Assembly: GCA_963745835.1 (NCBI GenBank)
Contig: CAVUZH010000003.1
Span: 1,216,001-1,280,000 of the forward strand
Source: an uncultured delta proteobacterium
GTDB lineage: Bacteria; Desulfobacterota; Binatia; UBA9968
Length of the DNA: 64,000 bases
Reading direction: 5' to 3'
Shown here: positions 20,722 through 31,715 of the stretch, piece after piece
Layout: each line of letters begins with the position of its first letter
Position numbering within the stretch: the stretch's first letter is position 1
Translations under genes and position numbers: made by a program
The notes under the pieces: model-generated
Databases searched by the model: none
What the model was told of the DNA's origin: nothing
Seen by the model: the letters and a program-made list of their open reading frames with translations, nothing else

Positions 20722-22182
20722 GTGAAAACCCCTGAATTCGAAGAACTCAAGTCACTGGACCTGCGCCAATGCGAGAGTGTCGGCGATATCGTCGCCGCTA
20801 TGAGATACTGCGCCTTCGGTGCAAGGATGCTGGGAGAAGTGGCCAATACGATTCGCCAGATGATCGTATCGAACGAGAACCAGATTATCATCTATGATGG
20901 CGTGGAAGACTCTCAACTCGGCTTGCTTTTGCGCGAATTCGTGAAAAACAAATGGGCTCGGAAGATACTTCTTCCGTCTCAATATGCCAAGCAAAAACCC
21001 AGCGGCGAAAACATCCTTGTCGTCGGGGGATTTTCAGAAAGATACGCCGACGCCATTTACACAAAGCCGGCGCGGGCGATTTTCATAAATCCATTCGACA
21101 TGGCTCGCCCGGGGCAGATCAAGGACGGTTACTTTCCCGATGCCGTTTTTGCCGATCCGCGCTACGTGGTGCCCGTGATTTACCGGGCGCTGGACGAATG
21201 GATCAACGGCCCGCGGACCTCTGTTGACACTCTCGTTACCGATCTCGCACGGTATGGCGGTGTCGCGACGCAAGTCTCGCGGGCAGCAAAAGCGTTGCAA
21301 GCGATGGTGCGCGACAGCGGGTGCGTGCGATTTCTGACTGTCAGCGGAGCCATGACGGTCGGCAAAATGGATTTAGTAATTTGCGATATGATCGAAATGG
21401 GTTTCGTTCAAGCCGTTTCCTCAACCGGCGCGCTCATGGCTCATGGGCTTGTTTCATCCATCGGACTTAAACATTACAAATACAATCCCGCTTATGATGA
21501 TACCGCTCTGGCCCGCCACAAGTTGAACCGGGTGACGGACACGCTCGAGCCAGAAACCAATCTAGACACTGTCGAGAAGGTGGTCGGCGAAGTCATCAAG
21601 CACATTGATGGCGATCGTTCGATTAGCCCGACCCAGCTAAATAAGGCGATCGGCAAATACCTCGCCGAGCATTATCCAAAAGATCGCGGTATTCTTAAGT
21701 CGGCTTACCTCCATGGCGTGCCGGTATTCGTGCCTGCTTTCGTCGACTCAGAACTCGGCAACGATCTTTATATTCACAACGTCCGGCGCAAGCGGCGTCG
21801 GAAGCAACCGATCGTGATGGATTTAGAGCTCGACAGCAAATTATTAATCGAGCTGGTCACAAACAATAAGCGATTCGGTATTTTATCGATTGGCGGCGGC
21901 GTGCCGCGAAACAACGTGCAAAACGTTGCGCCACTAATCGAGATCATCAACGAGCGGTTGGGAAGGACGTATCCTGAGCGCCGCTTTACCTACGGAATCA
22001 GGGTGTGCCCTGATCGTCCCCATTTCGGTCACCTATCCGGCTGCACCTATTCAGAAAACGAATCATGGCGCAAAGCAGTGAAGAACGGCATCTATGCCGA
22101 AGTTTTAGCGGACGCGACTCAAGTTTGGCCGTTTCTGGTCAAGTACCTTATGGGGAAACAAAAGGCCGGCGGCGTGAAATAA
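20722..22182 (+). CDS. Deoxyhypusine synthase-like protein (possible homospermidine synthase) with N-terminal extension
   Basis: SGAMT, STGALMAH, PAFVDSELG, GGGVPRN, GHLSGCTYSE..SWRK (catalytic Lys) and DATQVWP motifs; GTG start uncertain. Confidence 0.85.
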   Translation: MKTPEFEELKSLDLRQCESVGDIVAAMRYCAFGARMLGEVANTIRQMIVSNENQIIIYDGVEDSQLGLLLREFVKNKWARKILLPSQYAKQKPSGENILVVGGFSERYADAIYTKPARAIFINPFDMARPGQIKDGYFPDAVFADPRYVVPVIYRALDEWINGPRTSVDTLVTDLARYGGVATQVSRAAKALQAMVRDSGCVRFLTVSGAMTVGKMDLVICDMIEMGFVQAVSSTGALMAHGLVSSIGLKHYKYNPAYDDTALARHKLNRVTDTLEPETNLDTVEKVVGEVIKHIDGDRSISPTQLNKAIGKYLAEHYPKDRGILKSAYLHGVPVFVPAFVDSELGNDLYIHNVRRKRRRKQPIVMDLELDSKLLIELVTNNKRFGILSIGGGVPRNNVQNVAPLIEIINERLGRTYPERRFTYGIRVCPDRPHFGHLSGCTYSENESWRKAVKNGIYAEVLADATQVWPFLVKYLMGKQKAGGVK

Positions 22183-22372
22183 ACGAATCCCCCCTGATAA
22201 ACAAATCTGATACATCAGAATTTACAGATCCCAGAGCGAGATCGAGCCGGACCTTACAGAGACTAAACGGCAGATACTGAGCGGTTGAGCGGAAGCTTAG
22301 AAAAGGCGCGCCGTATGCGGTTGAAGCCAGTAAAGCGGAGGCGAATCAGCAGGCAGTACGAGTTGTCAATCG

Positions 22373-22972
22373 CTACTTTTGTATTCCTAAAAGCTTTCGG
22401 CCGTATTCTTTAACCAGTTGCTCACGCTCTTCCGAAGGCGGCAAAGTTTTCAGACGGTCTTCGATGCGCCCGCGCTCTTCCTGTTTGAGGTCGCCCCAGC
22501 GTTCCAATCCCTTCTGAAGCGTGTCACGCTCTTCCGGGTCGAGAGGTTGAACAACTGGTTCGGCCATCTGACTGGAATCCGCCACAACAACCGCCGCTCG
22601 GTCAACTTGAGATCCCAGCACGACCGCCCGGTTAGGACGCCCGCGCTCATCATAGATGAGAGCGAAGTTCCTAAACCCAATGTTAGAAAGAAGGGAATAC
22701 ACGGCCGGCTCCAGCGGCGAACGTTCTAGCCGGAGATTCAACAATTTACTGTCAGCTGATGATGGCAGAGTAAACTGAAAGCCGGTCTTCTGTCGGAAAG
22801 CCTGAAGCGCGACAACGACAGGAATCTGATCGAAAGCAAAGGAAATATGGTCGTCGCGATATTCAACCCACTGCGGATAGAATTCCGAGGTTTGCGCGAC
22901 GGCTGCTTGGATACCGACACTAGCTAGAGCTAGACACCCGGCGATGGAGGCAATTATGGAATGTTTTTTCAT
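22373..22972 (-). CDS. Secreted hypothetical protein (STN-like region plus helical repeat tail)
   Basis: Signal peptide, AGGTG RBS, C-terminal ERWGDLKQEER..LPPSEER repeats. Confidence 0.65.
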   Translation of the reverse strand: MKKHSIIASIAGCLALASVGIQAAVAQTSEFYPQWVEYRDDHISFAFDQIPVVVALQAFRQKTGFQFTLPSSADSKLLNLRLERSPLEPAVYSLLSNIGFRNFALIYDERGRPNRAVVLGSQVDRAAVVVADSSQMAEPVVQPLDPEERDTLQKGLERWGDLKQEERGRIEDRLKTLPPSEEREQLVKEYGRKLLGIQK

Positions 22973-23562
22973 CGATCACCTCTTTTCAGGGCCGAGCAGC
23001 AAGTCCTGTGCCCCGTCCTGCGCAATCGAAAATCGTTATAGAATTACTTGCTTGGAAGCTTTTAGCGGACGAGCCTCTATAGCCCTGAAGGGAGAAAAAG
23101 AACACTTTTGTAGCACAAAGGAGTAAAGCAGCCAAAGCCACCAGCTGGGAGAAATATCTTCGATGTGGCTGGAGCGCTGGTACCGTAAAACAAGAAATTG
23201 CTGCGGTGTTTACTCCTAGGCCGAAGGAGCAGACGTTCTTTCCTTTGTAAACACTTGTCACCGTCGACATGCGACAGCGATGCCCCTGCTGCTGACAGCA
23301 ACGATGCGAAGACTCCTCCAAAATCGACCGACAAAGAAAGTTACCGTTTCGTTTATCGCAGGAGTCCTCTCTTCGTCTGAAGAATAGTTTGACGCTCTAA
23401 TAACGCAGCTATCTTCGATGAATATCGCTAACATCTCAGAGCCTTTCACGATTGCCGATTTTTTCCACTGCCTGTGTGGCTTAGTTTCGCTGCCGCAGAG
23501 ATCTTTGCTGGCTGTCTAAAGAGAAGTTTGCTAATAATGAAGTCGCCCGCGCACATCCTCGA

Positions 23563-24849
23563 TTGCAGGAAAAATTTTTGGAAGAACAACTCACAGAGTC
23601 CGTAGCAACTTCAAGTCAGGCACTCCCTAAGCGTTTCCAATTTCGAACTTTTTCGTCCCTTGGCTACCTAGACTACCGCTATCTTTGGACCGGGACTCTC
23701 ATGATGAGCGCCGGGCAATGGGTTCAACAGGTAGCGCTGGGCTGGCTCGTCTATGAACTAACCGGCTCTTCGGTATTGCTGGGATTATTGAACGGGCTGC
23801 GTGCTCTTCCCTTTCTAGTGACCGGACCGATAGCGGGTGTGGCCGCGGATCGCATGGACCGGCGACAGTTGATGCTGCGCACGCAGTATGTGCTGATCGG
23901 TACCGCATTCCTCATGGGCGCGCTCGTGGCATCCGGGTGGTTACAGGTGTGGCACATTTTTCTGTTTACTTTGATTACGGGAATAGGTTGGTCGTTTAGC
24001 GAACCCGTGCGCCAGAGCCTGATTCCTAGCGTTGTTCCTAAAGCTGAACTCGCCAACGCCATCGCGCTCAACTCCGCGGGCTTCAATCTTATGAAAGTTC
24101 TCGGGCCGGCGCTTGGGGGGGCGATGATCGCAGTTTTCGGCGCCGCCGGAAATTTTTGGGTGCAGGGCGCGGCATACGTCGTTGTTCTGTGGATGATTCA
24201 ATTGATGCACGTCCCCCCGACCCACGCCAACGCGCTCCGCGCTTCCGCGTTGGCCAATCTCAAAGAAGGATTCGCATATGTGCGGTCTACGCCTACCGTA
24301 CTGGCGCTGATGATCCTGGCCTACGTTCCACGCATTTTCGCCGTGCCCTACCAAACCTTGATGCCGGTTTTCCAAAAGGACGTGTTGCAAGTCGGTCCTG
24401 AAGGGCTGGGTCTGTTGATGGCTGCGCCGGGGCTCGGAGCGGTGTTAGCGGTGCTGACGCTCGCATCGATATCGAGCAGGGTCAAACGGCAAGGATTGAT
24501 GCTAATCGCAAGCACGATCATGCTTGGCTTATCACTCGTAGTATTTTCCCAAATAACCTCTTTTCATTTGGCGCTCATTGTTCTAGTCATCGCCGGCGCA
24601 TTTCAAATGGTGTTTCTTGCGAGTACCAGCACAATGCTGCAGCTCATAGTTCCGGACGAGCTACGGGGCCGGGTGATGAGCCTGTACATGCTTGATCGCG
24701 GTCTGATGCCCGCAGGCGCATTGTTTGCCGGAGTTGTCGCGCACGTCATCGGCGCGCCGTTGGCCGTGACTTCTATGGGAGCGATTGTTGTTGTACTTAC
24801 GCTGCTGGTAGCGTGGCGCGTCCCTCACATCAGGACTCTTGAGAGCTAA
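23563..24849 (+). CDS. MFS transporter
   Basis: About 12 TM segments, GVAADRMDRR motif A, PDELRGRV. Confidence 0.9.
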   Translation: MQEKFLEEQLTESVATSSQALPKRFQFRTFSSLGYLDYRYLWTGTLMMSAGQWVQQVALGWLVYELTGSSVLLGLLNGLRALPFLVTGPIAGVAADRMDRRQLMLRTQYVLIGTAFLMGALVASGWLQVWHIFLFTLITGIGWSFSEPVRQSLIPSVVPKAELANAIALNSAGFNLMKVLGPALGGAMIAVFGAAGNFWVQGAAYVVVLWMIQLMHVPPTHANALRASALANLKEGFAYVRSTPTVLALMILAYVPRIFAVPYQTLMPVFQKDVLQVGPEGLGLLMAAPGLGAVLAVLTLASISSRVKRQGLMLIASTIMLGLSLVVFSQITSFHLALIVLVIAGAFQMVFLASTSTMLQLIVPDELRGRVMSLYMLDRGLMPAGALFAGVVAHVIGAPLAVTSMGAIVVVLTLLVAWRVPHIRTLES

Positions 24850-24966
24850 ACGGAGTGAAGATCTTTTTTGTTTATCAAGACGCGAGCAGCTGAAGCTGGG
24901 ATGACATCCTAACCTACCGACGTGCTCTACGGCCCGACACCGGTCATCGCGAATGAAGACGCAGGT

Positions 24967-25617
24967 TTAACCTGCCGCTGACTTTGGCGGCACTTGGCCC
25001 TGCTGCAATGCCGAGATCACTTCTTCGTCCTCAATCTGAGAAAAGTCGGCGAAGAACTGTCCTACAGCGTGAAATTTGCTTGGCACTTTTAGACAGAACG
25101 CAGCGTCACATTCTCGGGCTATCGCCCGCGCCGCTTCGGGCGAAGCTACCGCCACTGCCGCGATGAGCTCCTTCGGTATCTGGGCACGGACTGCTCGCAA
25201 CGCCGCAACCATTGTCGAGCCCGTAGCTACGCCATCATCGACCACGATGACAATGCGACCTTGAGGATCGATGGGCGGACGCAAGGGTGTGTACCGGGCG
25301 CGACGCTGCCGCAAAGCTGCAAGCTGCCGCTGCTTCTCCGACTCGAGATACTCCGGATCCACCCGAGCGGCGTAGTCGGTTACGATCGCGTTCCCGCTGT
25401 CGTCGATTGCGCCGATCGCCAGCTCGAGTTCCTCTGGGTGACTAAGCTTATGAACTAGGACGACATCCAAATCGCCTCCGAGCGCGTCAGCAATGACCTT
25501 TGCCATCGGCACAGCGCCCCTCGGAATTCCGAGAACCAACGGATGCTTGTTCTTATAGACTCTCAGCTTTCGAGCCAGCAAGCGCCCGGCGTGGCGTCGG
25601 TTTCGAAATAGCCCCAT
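24967..25617 (-). CDS. Phosphoribosyltransferase-family protein
   Basis: FRNRRHAGRLLA, GIPRGAVP and PRPP loop VVDDGVATGST. Confidence 0.88.
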   Translation of the reverse strand: MGLFRNRRHAGRLLARKLRVYKNKHPLVLGIPRGAVPMAKVIADALGGDLDVVLVHKLSHPEELELAIGAIDDSGNAIVTDYAARVDPEYLESEKQRQLAALRQRRARYTPLRPPIDPQGRIVIVVDDGVATGSTMVAALRAVRAQIPKELIAAVAVASPEAARAIARECDAAFCLKVPSKFHAVGQFFADFSQIEDEEVISALQQGQVPPKSAAG

Positions 25618-25958
25618 TGTCCGATTTACATCCGTTTGCTTATGGCAGGTTCAACTTGGTTAACCGCGATTTCGCAAAATCGATCAGAGGACCGTCGCCG
25701 CCGGGAGGTCATGCCTTCTTCCTCTCTAAACTCCACACGAATTGCAACGTCAAGATCGCCCAACGCTAAGGCTTTATCCAACGCCATTCGACGTGCGGCG
25801 GCAATCGGTTATGACAATCGGCCCAGCCAACGGTGCTTCGACAAAGTCGAGCTGCGCGGTGATCAAGCACGCGCCTACTTCTGAAAGCGCTCAGCCTTCC
25901 GACGAGGATTATATGAAAGACCCACTGACCCGTGCTTGAGATTTGATGTGGCAGAAAA

Positions 25959-26049
25959 TGGCGGAGAGAGAGGGATTTGAACCCTCGGTACCCTTTTGAG
26001 GTACACACGCTTAGCAGGCGTGCGCCTTAGACCACTCGGCCATCTCTCC
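25959..26049 (-). tRNA. tRNA-Ser(GCT)
   Basis: GGAGAGATGGCCGAGTGG..., anticodon arm CACGC-CTGCTAA-GCGTG, long variable arm, GTTCAAATC T-loop, encoded CCA. Confidence 0.97.
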
Positions 26050-26365
26050 TTGAAGGCAACTAATGATGATCGGCAATATGACCGGAAACGAATTGAGCCC
26101 TTGGGCGTTCCGATACCACTCCCGGAACTCATTTCAAGCTAGCATAGGACCGCCCGATTCCACAATCCCCAGCAGTCCTGTTCACCCGCTGCCGAATTAC
26201 GTTTCTGCTTACGCCAACTCTGCCGCGGTGAACCTACGCATCATCCAAGTACTGCCGGGCGAGGGTTTCCATCAGGATGCGCGCCGCAACACGGCAAAAA
26301 ACGATGAAAGCTGGTTCCGCAGGTGAACCAGCTTTCATTACAGCCATCGGACAACCTGGCGGAAT

Positions 26366-27491
26366 TCAGCCCTCCCAGATCGGCTTCACATTGGTATCGA
26401 GCCACTTCTTGGGATCTTCGAGGTACAGTTTGTCAGTCACCGGGATCGCCTTCGTCCCTTTCGGGAACGCCACCTCGATCGAGGTCTTGGATTCGAAATC
26501 ATTCCGGGAAGACTCTCGGCCCACGGCGTCGATGACCTTTTGCCCCTCATCGGAAATCAGCCACTCGGCAAAAAGTTTCGCCGCATTCGGGTGAGGCGCC
26601 TTGGCGTAAATACCCGCCTGTCGCGGGAAAACGACTGGCGGAACGCTCTTTACATAATCAATCGGCGTTCCTTTCTCCTTGTCGTGTATCACGTCGTGCA
26701 ATAATGCCGGCATACAGATCGCATACTCACCGGCGACAACAAGCCTGAACATGGCGCTCGTGCTTTTGTGAACCGGCACGTTCAGCGTCTTGAGCCCCTT
26801 GACGAACTTATTGAATCTCGTTTGATCGTTCCACTGCGTCCACAGCCCGGCCAACATCGAACTCAGTGGTCCGGCTCTCATGGGATCGTCGAGCGCTACC
26901 TGTCCTTTGTACTTGGGGTTGGCGACATCTTCCCAGCTTTTTGGAAGATCGGCGGCCTTAAGCTTCTTGGTATTGTAAGTCAACGCTTGCACCTGCAGAC
27001 TTACCGTCGGCAAAGTTGGGTCATGGAGTACCAACACGTCTTTCTGAACGGTTTCATAAGACGCCATGGCACCGGCGGCGCGCAGCACTGATGGCGCATT
27101 GTCGGACAGAATGGTATCGACACTCGGTTGACCGCCCTGAAATTCCGTCAAAACCCGCGTGACGATCTCGGGATTGCGACCCTGCCAATAGGTCGTTTTG
27201 ATGCCCGGGTAGCGCTTTGCAAAGGCATCCGTGACTGCGCGGATATGCTCCACATCCCATACCGAGTAGACGATCAAATTCCCTTCCTGTTTCGCTTTTG
27301 GGTAGAGTTCCTTGCTGACTTTTTCGAACGCCTTGGCGGCGTTGGCCGTGGCGTTGGACGACCGCTTTCTGGCCGCTGCTCTTAGCCTCCTTGCCCGCCT
27401 TGGAAGGCGCGTCTGCCGCTTGCCCCGGGGCGCTGAAGTAAATGGCCCCCGAGAGTGCGATAGCTGTTACTATCAAATAGTTCTTTTTCAT
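26366..27491 (-). CDS. ABC transporter solute-binding protein (Fe3+-type), frameshift in the N-terminal region
   Basis: Signal peptide MKKNYLIV.. in one frame; AKQEGNLIVY, PKSWEDV and APHPNAAKLF in another. Confidence 0.85.
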
Positions 27492-27530
27492 TTTCGCTCC
27501 CCCTTGTTGATGCTGTTTATAAGTCTCATC

Positions 27531-29228
27531 TCACAAACTGAACTTCATTTTGAACGCAAACTTGGCGATGGATACTGCGATAATTAGGATAATCAGATAG
27601 ATCACGCCGCCGGCCGCTGCTTCCGCCCATTGTCCTACTCGGAAATATTCAAAGAGAGTAACTGGTCCATATTCTTTGCCGGGCGAGGTCAACAATATGG
27701 CAACGTCAACGTTGCGGATGGACTCGATAAAAATATAGAACAGCGCACCGCCCACCGACGGTTTCAAAATCGGTAACGTGATCTTGAAGAACACATGGCG
27801 CCAGCGCGCGCCATGCACCCAGGCGGCCTCGTCGAGTTCTTTATGGATATTCACAATGGCACCGGATGCATTGCGAAAAGCGTATGGAAAATACGCCACA
27901 AAGAGTCCGAGCCCTAGCGCCAATAAACTGTTGTAAAGCGGGGTACCCAAGAAAATGATCACCAGCCCAACCGAAAGCACCAGGGGCGGAAACGCCAGCG
28001 GCAAGGTGCCGATAAATTCAAATATTTTGGTGCCGTGGGCGCGGGTTCGATAAATCGTGAACGCCATGATGATCCCCGACAACACCGTGACGACGGCAAT
28101 GGTCACCGACAGGGTCAGTGAATTGTAAAGACCATTAACGAAACTTGGATGCTTCATCACCGTAAAGTAGTTGGTCAAGACGGCATTGGTAGGAAACTGC
28201 ATGAAAGTCGAATAATCGAAATAAGGTATCATCGAGACTACAATGAGCACGATGAACGGGATGGCGATGCCCACCAGAAAATAAAATAGCACGGCGAGAA
28301 ATGTGATGTACTTCCAGGGGCCGATATCGATCACTTTGACACGATAGCCCTTGCCGGTAATCGTCGCGTAGCGCTCTGAAAAACGTGTGGCTCGGATATA
28401 GAACATCAGAGTAATAACCGAAAGAGCCACCAGAACCATGCTGTAAGAGGTCGCTAGCCCGGTGTTGAATTCCAAAGCCATGGAGTCGTAAACGCGCGCG
28501 ACGAAAACATTGATACCGCCCGGCGTGCCTTGTAACACCGGTGTCTCGAACCCGCGCAGGCCGCGCAAAAAGTTAAGGACAAAGGCCGAGAGGAACGCGG
28601 GGACCGCCAGCGGAAAGGTTATGTGTAGCATCGTATGAACCGGCTTGCTGCCCGCGATATACGCGCTTTCCTCGAGTGACGGATCGAACGATAGAAACAC
28701 TGGCAGCAAGAAAAGATAGCCTAATGGCACGCAGGCCAGGCCGAACACCCAAATCATTCCAGCCAAACTGAAGGCGTTAAACCACAGCGGATTGGTCCCG
28801 GTAAGCTGCTCGATCATATTGTTGAGGATGCCGGATTTAGGTGCCAGCAACAGAATCCACGCGATGTTTTTCATGATTGGAGGCATCAAGATAGGATAAA
28901 GCGGCATCAGCTCGACCAGGCGTTTCCCAGGGGTATTCGTGCGCGCGACGATCCAGGCCAGCATTGCCCCGATGCCAGTACCCAGGGCCGCCGATCCGGC
29001 CGCGTACAAAATAGAATTGTTGAGCAGTGACCAGATCTGTTGGTCGGCAAAAACGCGCAGATAGTTCTCCGCAGAAAATCCGATGGCAGCGCCGAGCTTG
29101 CCCGTGGTGACGCTGCGCAGCAACACAACGATGACCGGAGTAATGATTGCACCCCCGGCAATCAGGCTTGCCAAGATCGGCACAAAGGTTCCTTGGCGGT
29201 ACGCAAGTTTGAAGGAATTCCAGCTAAT
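27531..29228 (-). CDS. ABC transporter permease (FbpB-type, two permease domains)
   Basis: Two EAA motifs (LEESAYIAG, LDEAAWVHG); probable ATT start 8 nt after AGGAG. Confidence 0.88.
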   Translation of the reverse strand: MSWNSFKLAYRQGTFVPILASLIAGGAIITPVIVVLLRSVTTGKLGAAIGFSAENYLRVFADQQIWSLLNNSILYAAGSAALGTGIGAMLAWIVARTNTPGKRLVELMPLYPILMPPIMKNIAWILLLAPKSGILNNMIEQLTGTNPLWFNAFSLAGMIWVFGLACVPLGYLFLLPVFLSFDPSLEESAYIAGSKPVHTMLHITFPLAVPAFLSAFVLNFLRGLRGFETPVLQGTPGGINVFVARVYDSMALEFNTGLATSYSMVLVALSVITLMFYIRATRFSERYATITGKGYRVKVIDIGPWKYITFLAVLFYFLVGIAIPFIVLIVVSMIPYFDYSTFMQFPTNAVLTNYFTVMKHPSFVNGLYNSLTLSVTIAVVTVLSGIIMAFTIYRTRAHGTKIFEFIGTLPLAFPPLVLSVGLVIIFLGTPLYNSLLALGLGLFVAYFPYAFRNASGAIVNIHKELDEAAWVHGARWRHVFFKITLPILKPSVGGALFYIFIESIRNVDVAILLTSPGKEYGPVTLFEYFRVGQWAEAAAGGVIYLIILIIAVSIAKFAFKMKFSL

Positions 29229-29287
29229 TGTCGTTTCTCCTGGTATGCAGTTTCGCGCGTAATCGATGGAAGGCGTCCGCAACAATC

Positions 29288-30385
29288 TCAAACGATAATG
29301 CTGATGGCGGATGGGTCGATCAAGAGAAAGGTCTTGCCGCGCTCTCCATCCACGTTGATCATGGGACACAACTTATGCGAGGTAACCACCAGCTCACGTG
29401 AGCCGATTTGAATATGGTGATCGGTAAGACCGCCGCGAGATTCTCGACTGGTCATCTGTCCTTGGAGCATATTATCGCTCCCGGCTGCAAAAGCTTCATG
29501 ACTCAAGCGGATCTCACTGGTGCGGATAACCACCTGACACGCTTGGCCCGGTACCACCCGCGGGACCGCCGGAGACCGCAGCGTGGCTCCGTCGAACTCG
29601 GCGATCGTCACCAAGCAATTCGCCCCATGGACCTCGACGATTTTGCCTTCAACTAAAGTCGAGTGGCCAATGAAGGAGGCGACAAACGAATGAGCCGGAC
29701 GGTTATAGATTTCGTCGGGAGATCCATATTGCAGAATCTTGCCACTTTCCATGACGATAACTGAATCCGATATGGTGAAGGCCTCCTCCTGATCATGGGT
29801 GACATAGAGCGCGCTAATACCGACCTTCTTGATTAGCTTTTTAAGCTCGCTACGCATCTCTTCGCGCAGTTTGGCGTCGAGATTGCTCAGCGGCTCGTCG
29901 AGCAAGATGAGTCGCGGCTCCAGCGCTAAACTTCGCGCCAATGCTACGCGTTGCTGTTGGCCCCCGCTCAACTGTGAAGGATAGCGTTCCTCCTTACCCT
30001 GTAAACCGACCAGCTCAAGGGCATTCAAAACCTTGCGTCGAACCTCGTCTGTCGGCAGCTTTCGTAGCTTCAGACCAAACGCAACATTCTTGAACACGGT
30101 CATGTGCGGCCAAAGCGCGTAATTCTGAAAAACGAAACCAATCTCCCTGGCATAAGGCGGGATAAGGATACCCTGCTCAATCGACGTCTGAACCTGATCG
30201 GCGATGGAGATGGAACCCCCATCGGGAACCTCAAGGCCTGCAATAGATCTGAGTAAGGTGGTTTTCCCGCACCCAGAAGGCCCGAGAAAGGAAAGAATGC
30301 CGTGGTCAAATTCAAAGCTCACGTCGTCGAGAGCCTGAACCTCATTGAACCGCTTACGCAATCGTTCGATCTTTAAGATAGCCAT
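29288..30385 (-). CDS. ABC transporter ATP-binding protein
   Basis: GPSGCGKT, LSGGQQQR, LLDEP and VTHDQEEA motifs. Confidence 0.93.
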   Translation of the reverse strand: MAILKIERLRKRFNEVQALDDVSFEFDHGILSFLGPSGCGKTTLLRSIAGLEVPDGGSISIADQVQTSIEQGILIPPYAREIGFVFQNYALWPHMTVFKNVAFGLKLRKLPTDEVRRKVLNALELVGLQGKEERYPSQLSGGQQQRVALARSLALEPRLILLDEPLSNLDAKLREEMRSELKKLIKKVGISALYVTHDQEEAFTISDSVIVMESGKILQYGSPDEIYNRPAHSFVASFIGHSTLVEGKIVEVHGANCLVTIAEFDGATLRSPAVPRVVPGQACQVVIRTSEIRLSHEAFAAGSDNMLQGQMTSRESRGGLTDHHIQIGSRELVVTSHKLCPMINVDGERGKTFLLIDPSAISIIV

Positions 30386-30877
30386 GGCTTGCGGGCAAAA
30401 AGCTCGAGCACAAACAATGTCAACACCGATCCATTATTTGCTTCAATGTAAGTTCTGGTTGAAGATATCAAAGCCAAATTCAGTATTCCCTGCTCATCAC
30501 GTCCTGACCGAATGTTGGTTGTTTAACTGCTTAGTGGTGCATCACGGAATTCGACACCAGCATGATGTACCGTTCTTGCCCCGGGCGATAAGCCACCAGC
30601 GACGAACTGAAATTCTTCTACTCTAAAGGCGACGAAAATGGAAACCAAATCGTGCAGAGCGAATCCAGTATCGGGATCAACAAGAACAATGCAAACCCGC
30701 ATCAGCGAGTTGCTGGGCAATTCTTTTCTGACTTAAAGCTATCATCGCCAATTTGAACTCGTTGCGAGCGCCAGATTCTCCTGCTTCCGTACCCCTTGCC
30801 AAAAATAAATCCTGTGATACATAACCCGTCCGTTTTTGGTTCGGAGATTCTTAGATGGGGGTACTCATCTGATCAAG

Positions 30878-31102
30878 ATGCGGAAATTTCTATCGAAATT
30901 CAGGGAAGACTTATTGCCTGTTTCTCTTTTAATGCTTTTTTTTCTGGGGCTCTACCTGCTGCTGGCTGCATTCTTAATCACCACGTTCCAAGGAGACTAC
31001 GTCACAAGTTCGGCGACCCCGCCGGCGTGCGATCCTCCCAACGCTCTCTTGAGGAGGACGCCCCGCTCTAAGATGACAGCTCCGCAATCGCTCTGCACAT
31101 AG
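30878..31102 (+). CDS. Small single-TM protein
   Basis: MRKFLSKFREDLLPVSLLMLFFLGLYLLLAAFLI; hydrophobic helix only. Confidence 0.4.
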   Translation: MRKFLSKFREDLLPVSLLMLFFLGLYLLLAAFLITTFQGDYVTSSATPPACDPPNALLRRTPRSKMTAPQSLCT

Positions 31103-31187
31103 TTGGAGGACACTTAGCCCCTTACTCATATTAAGGGAGCGACGCGTGATGTAATCCATAGAAATTCTTCAATATCGGAGGTACAAC

Positions 31188-31265
31188 ATGGTAATAGACT
31201 CGGTACTAAGAATATCGATGCTTTTTGGAGTACTGGCATCACTGATACTATGGCTCTTTCTGTAG
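31188..31265 (+). CDS. 25-aa single-TM microprotein
   Basis: GGAGG RBS then MVIDSVLRISMLFGVLASLILWLFL*. Confidence 0.5.
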   Translation: MVIDSVLRISMLFGVLASLILWLFL

Positions 31266-31344
31266 TTGCGCGGGCCTAGGAAGATCTATTGTAAAATTCT
31301 ATGGAGGCTATTGAATAATACTTCGAGCCCGGTACATTGAAGGC

Positions 31345-31488
31345 ATGGATTTTATCGACCTGATGTTGGCAGTTCTAGGAGCTGTGTCGGCCGGATTTGG
31401 TGTTGTTCTCATGATTCATGAGTGGCGAAACCTTGACTCGTTCAGGCGTCGTCTCACTCCATCCAATAAAGCCATTCTTCGTGAATAA
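31345..31488 (+). CDS. 47-aa single-TM microprotein
   Basis: MDFIDLMLAVLGAVSAGFGVVLMIHEWRNLDSFRRRLTPSNKAILRE*; TM followed by a basic tail. Confidence 0.45.
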   Translation: MDFIDLMLAVLGAVSAGFGVVLMIHEWRNLDSFRRRLTPSNKAILRE

Positions 31489-31715
31489 CATCCACGGCGA
31501 AACACCTGCAGCTTCGCCGAATCGTCAGCACCGCAATCGCTTACCTAAGTTGGAAGCCACTTGTTCGATGGTGCCGCTTAATAGTCAATGGACACGGCTT
31601 GTCTAGTCGATACAGTATTGTAGGTCCACCAGGTAGAGCCGCGACTCAGAGGCCATCGGCATAGCTGCGGCATGAACAGCTTGGACTCGGGTCAACGATT
31701 CAAATGGGGCCCGAG

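Noticed and set aside
22986-23520. Riboswitch or gene in the long intergenic region
   Set aside because: No recognisable riboswitch core; the short ORFs lack RBS or motifs
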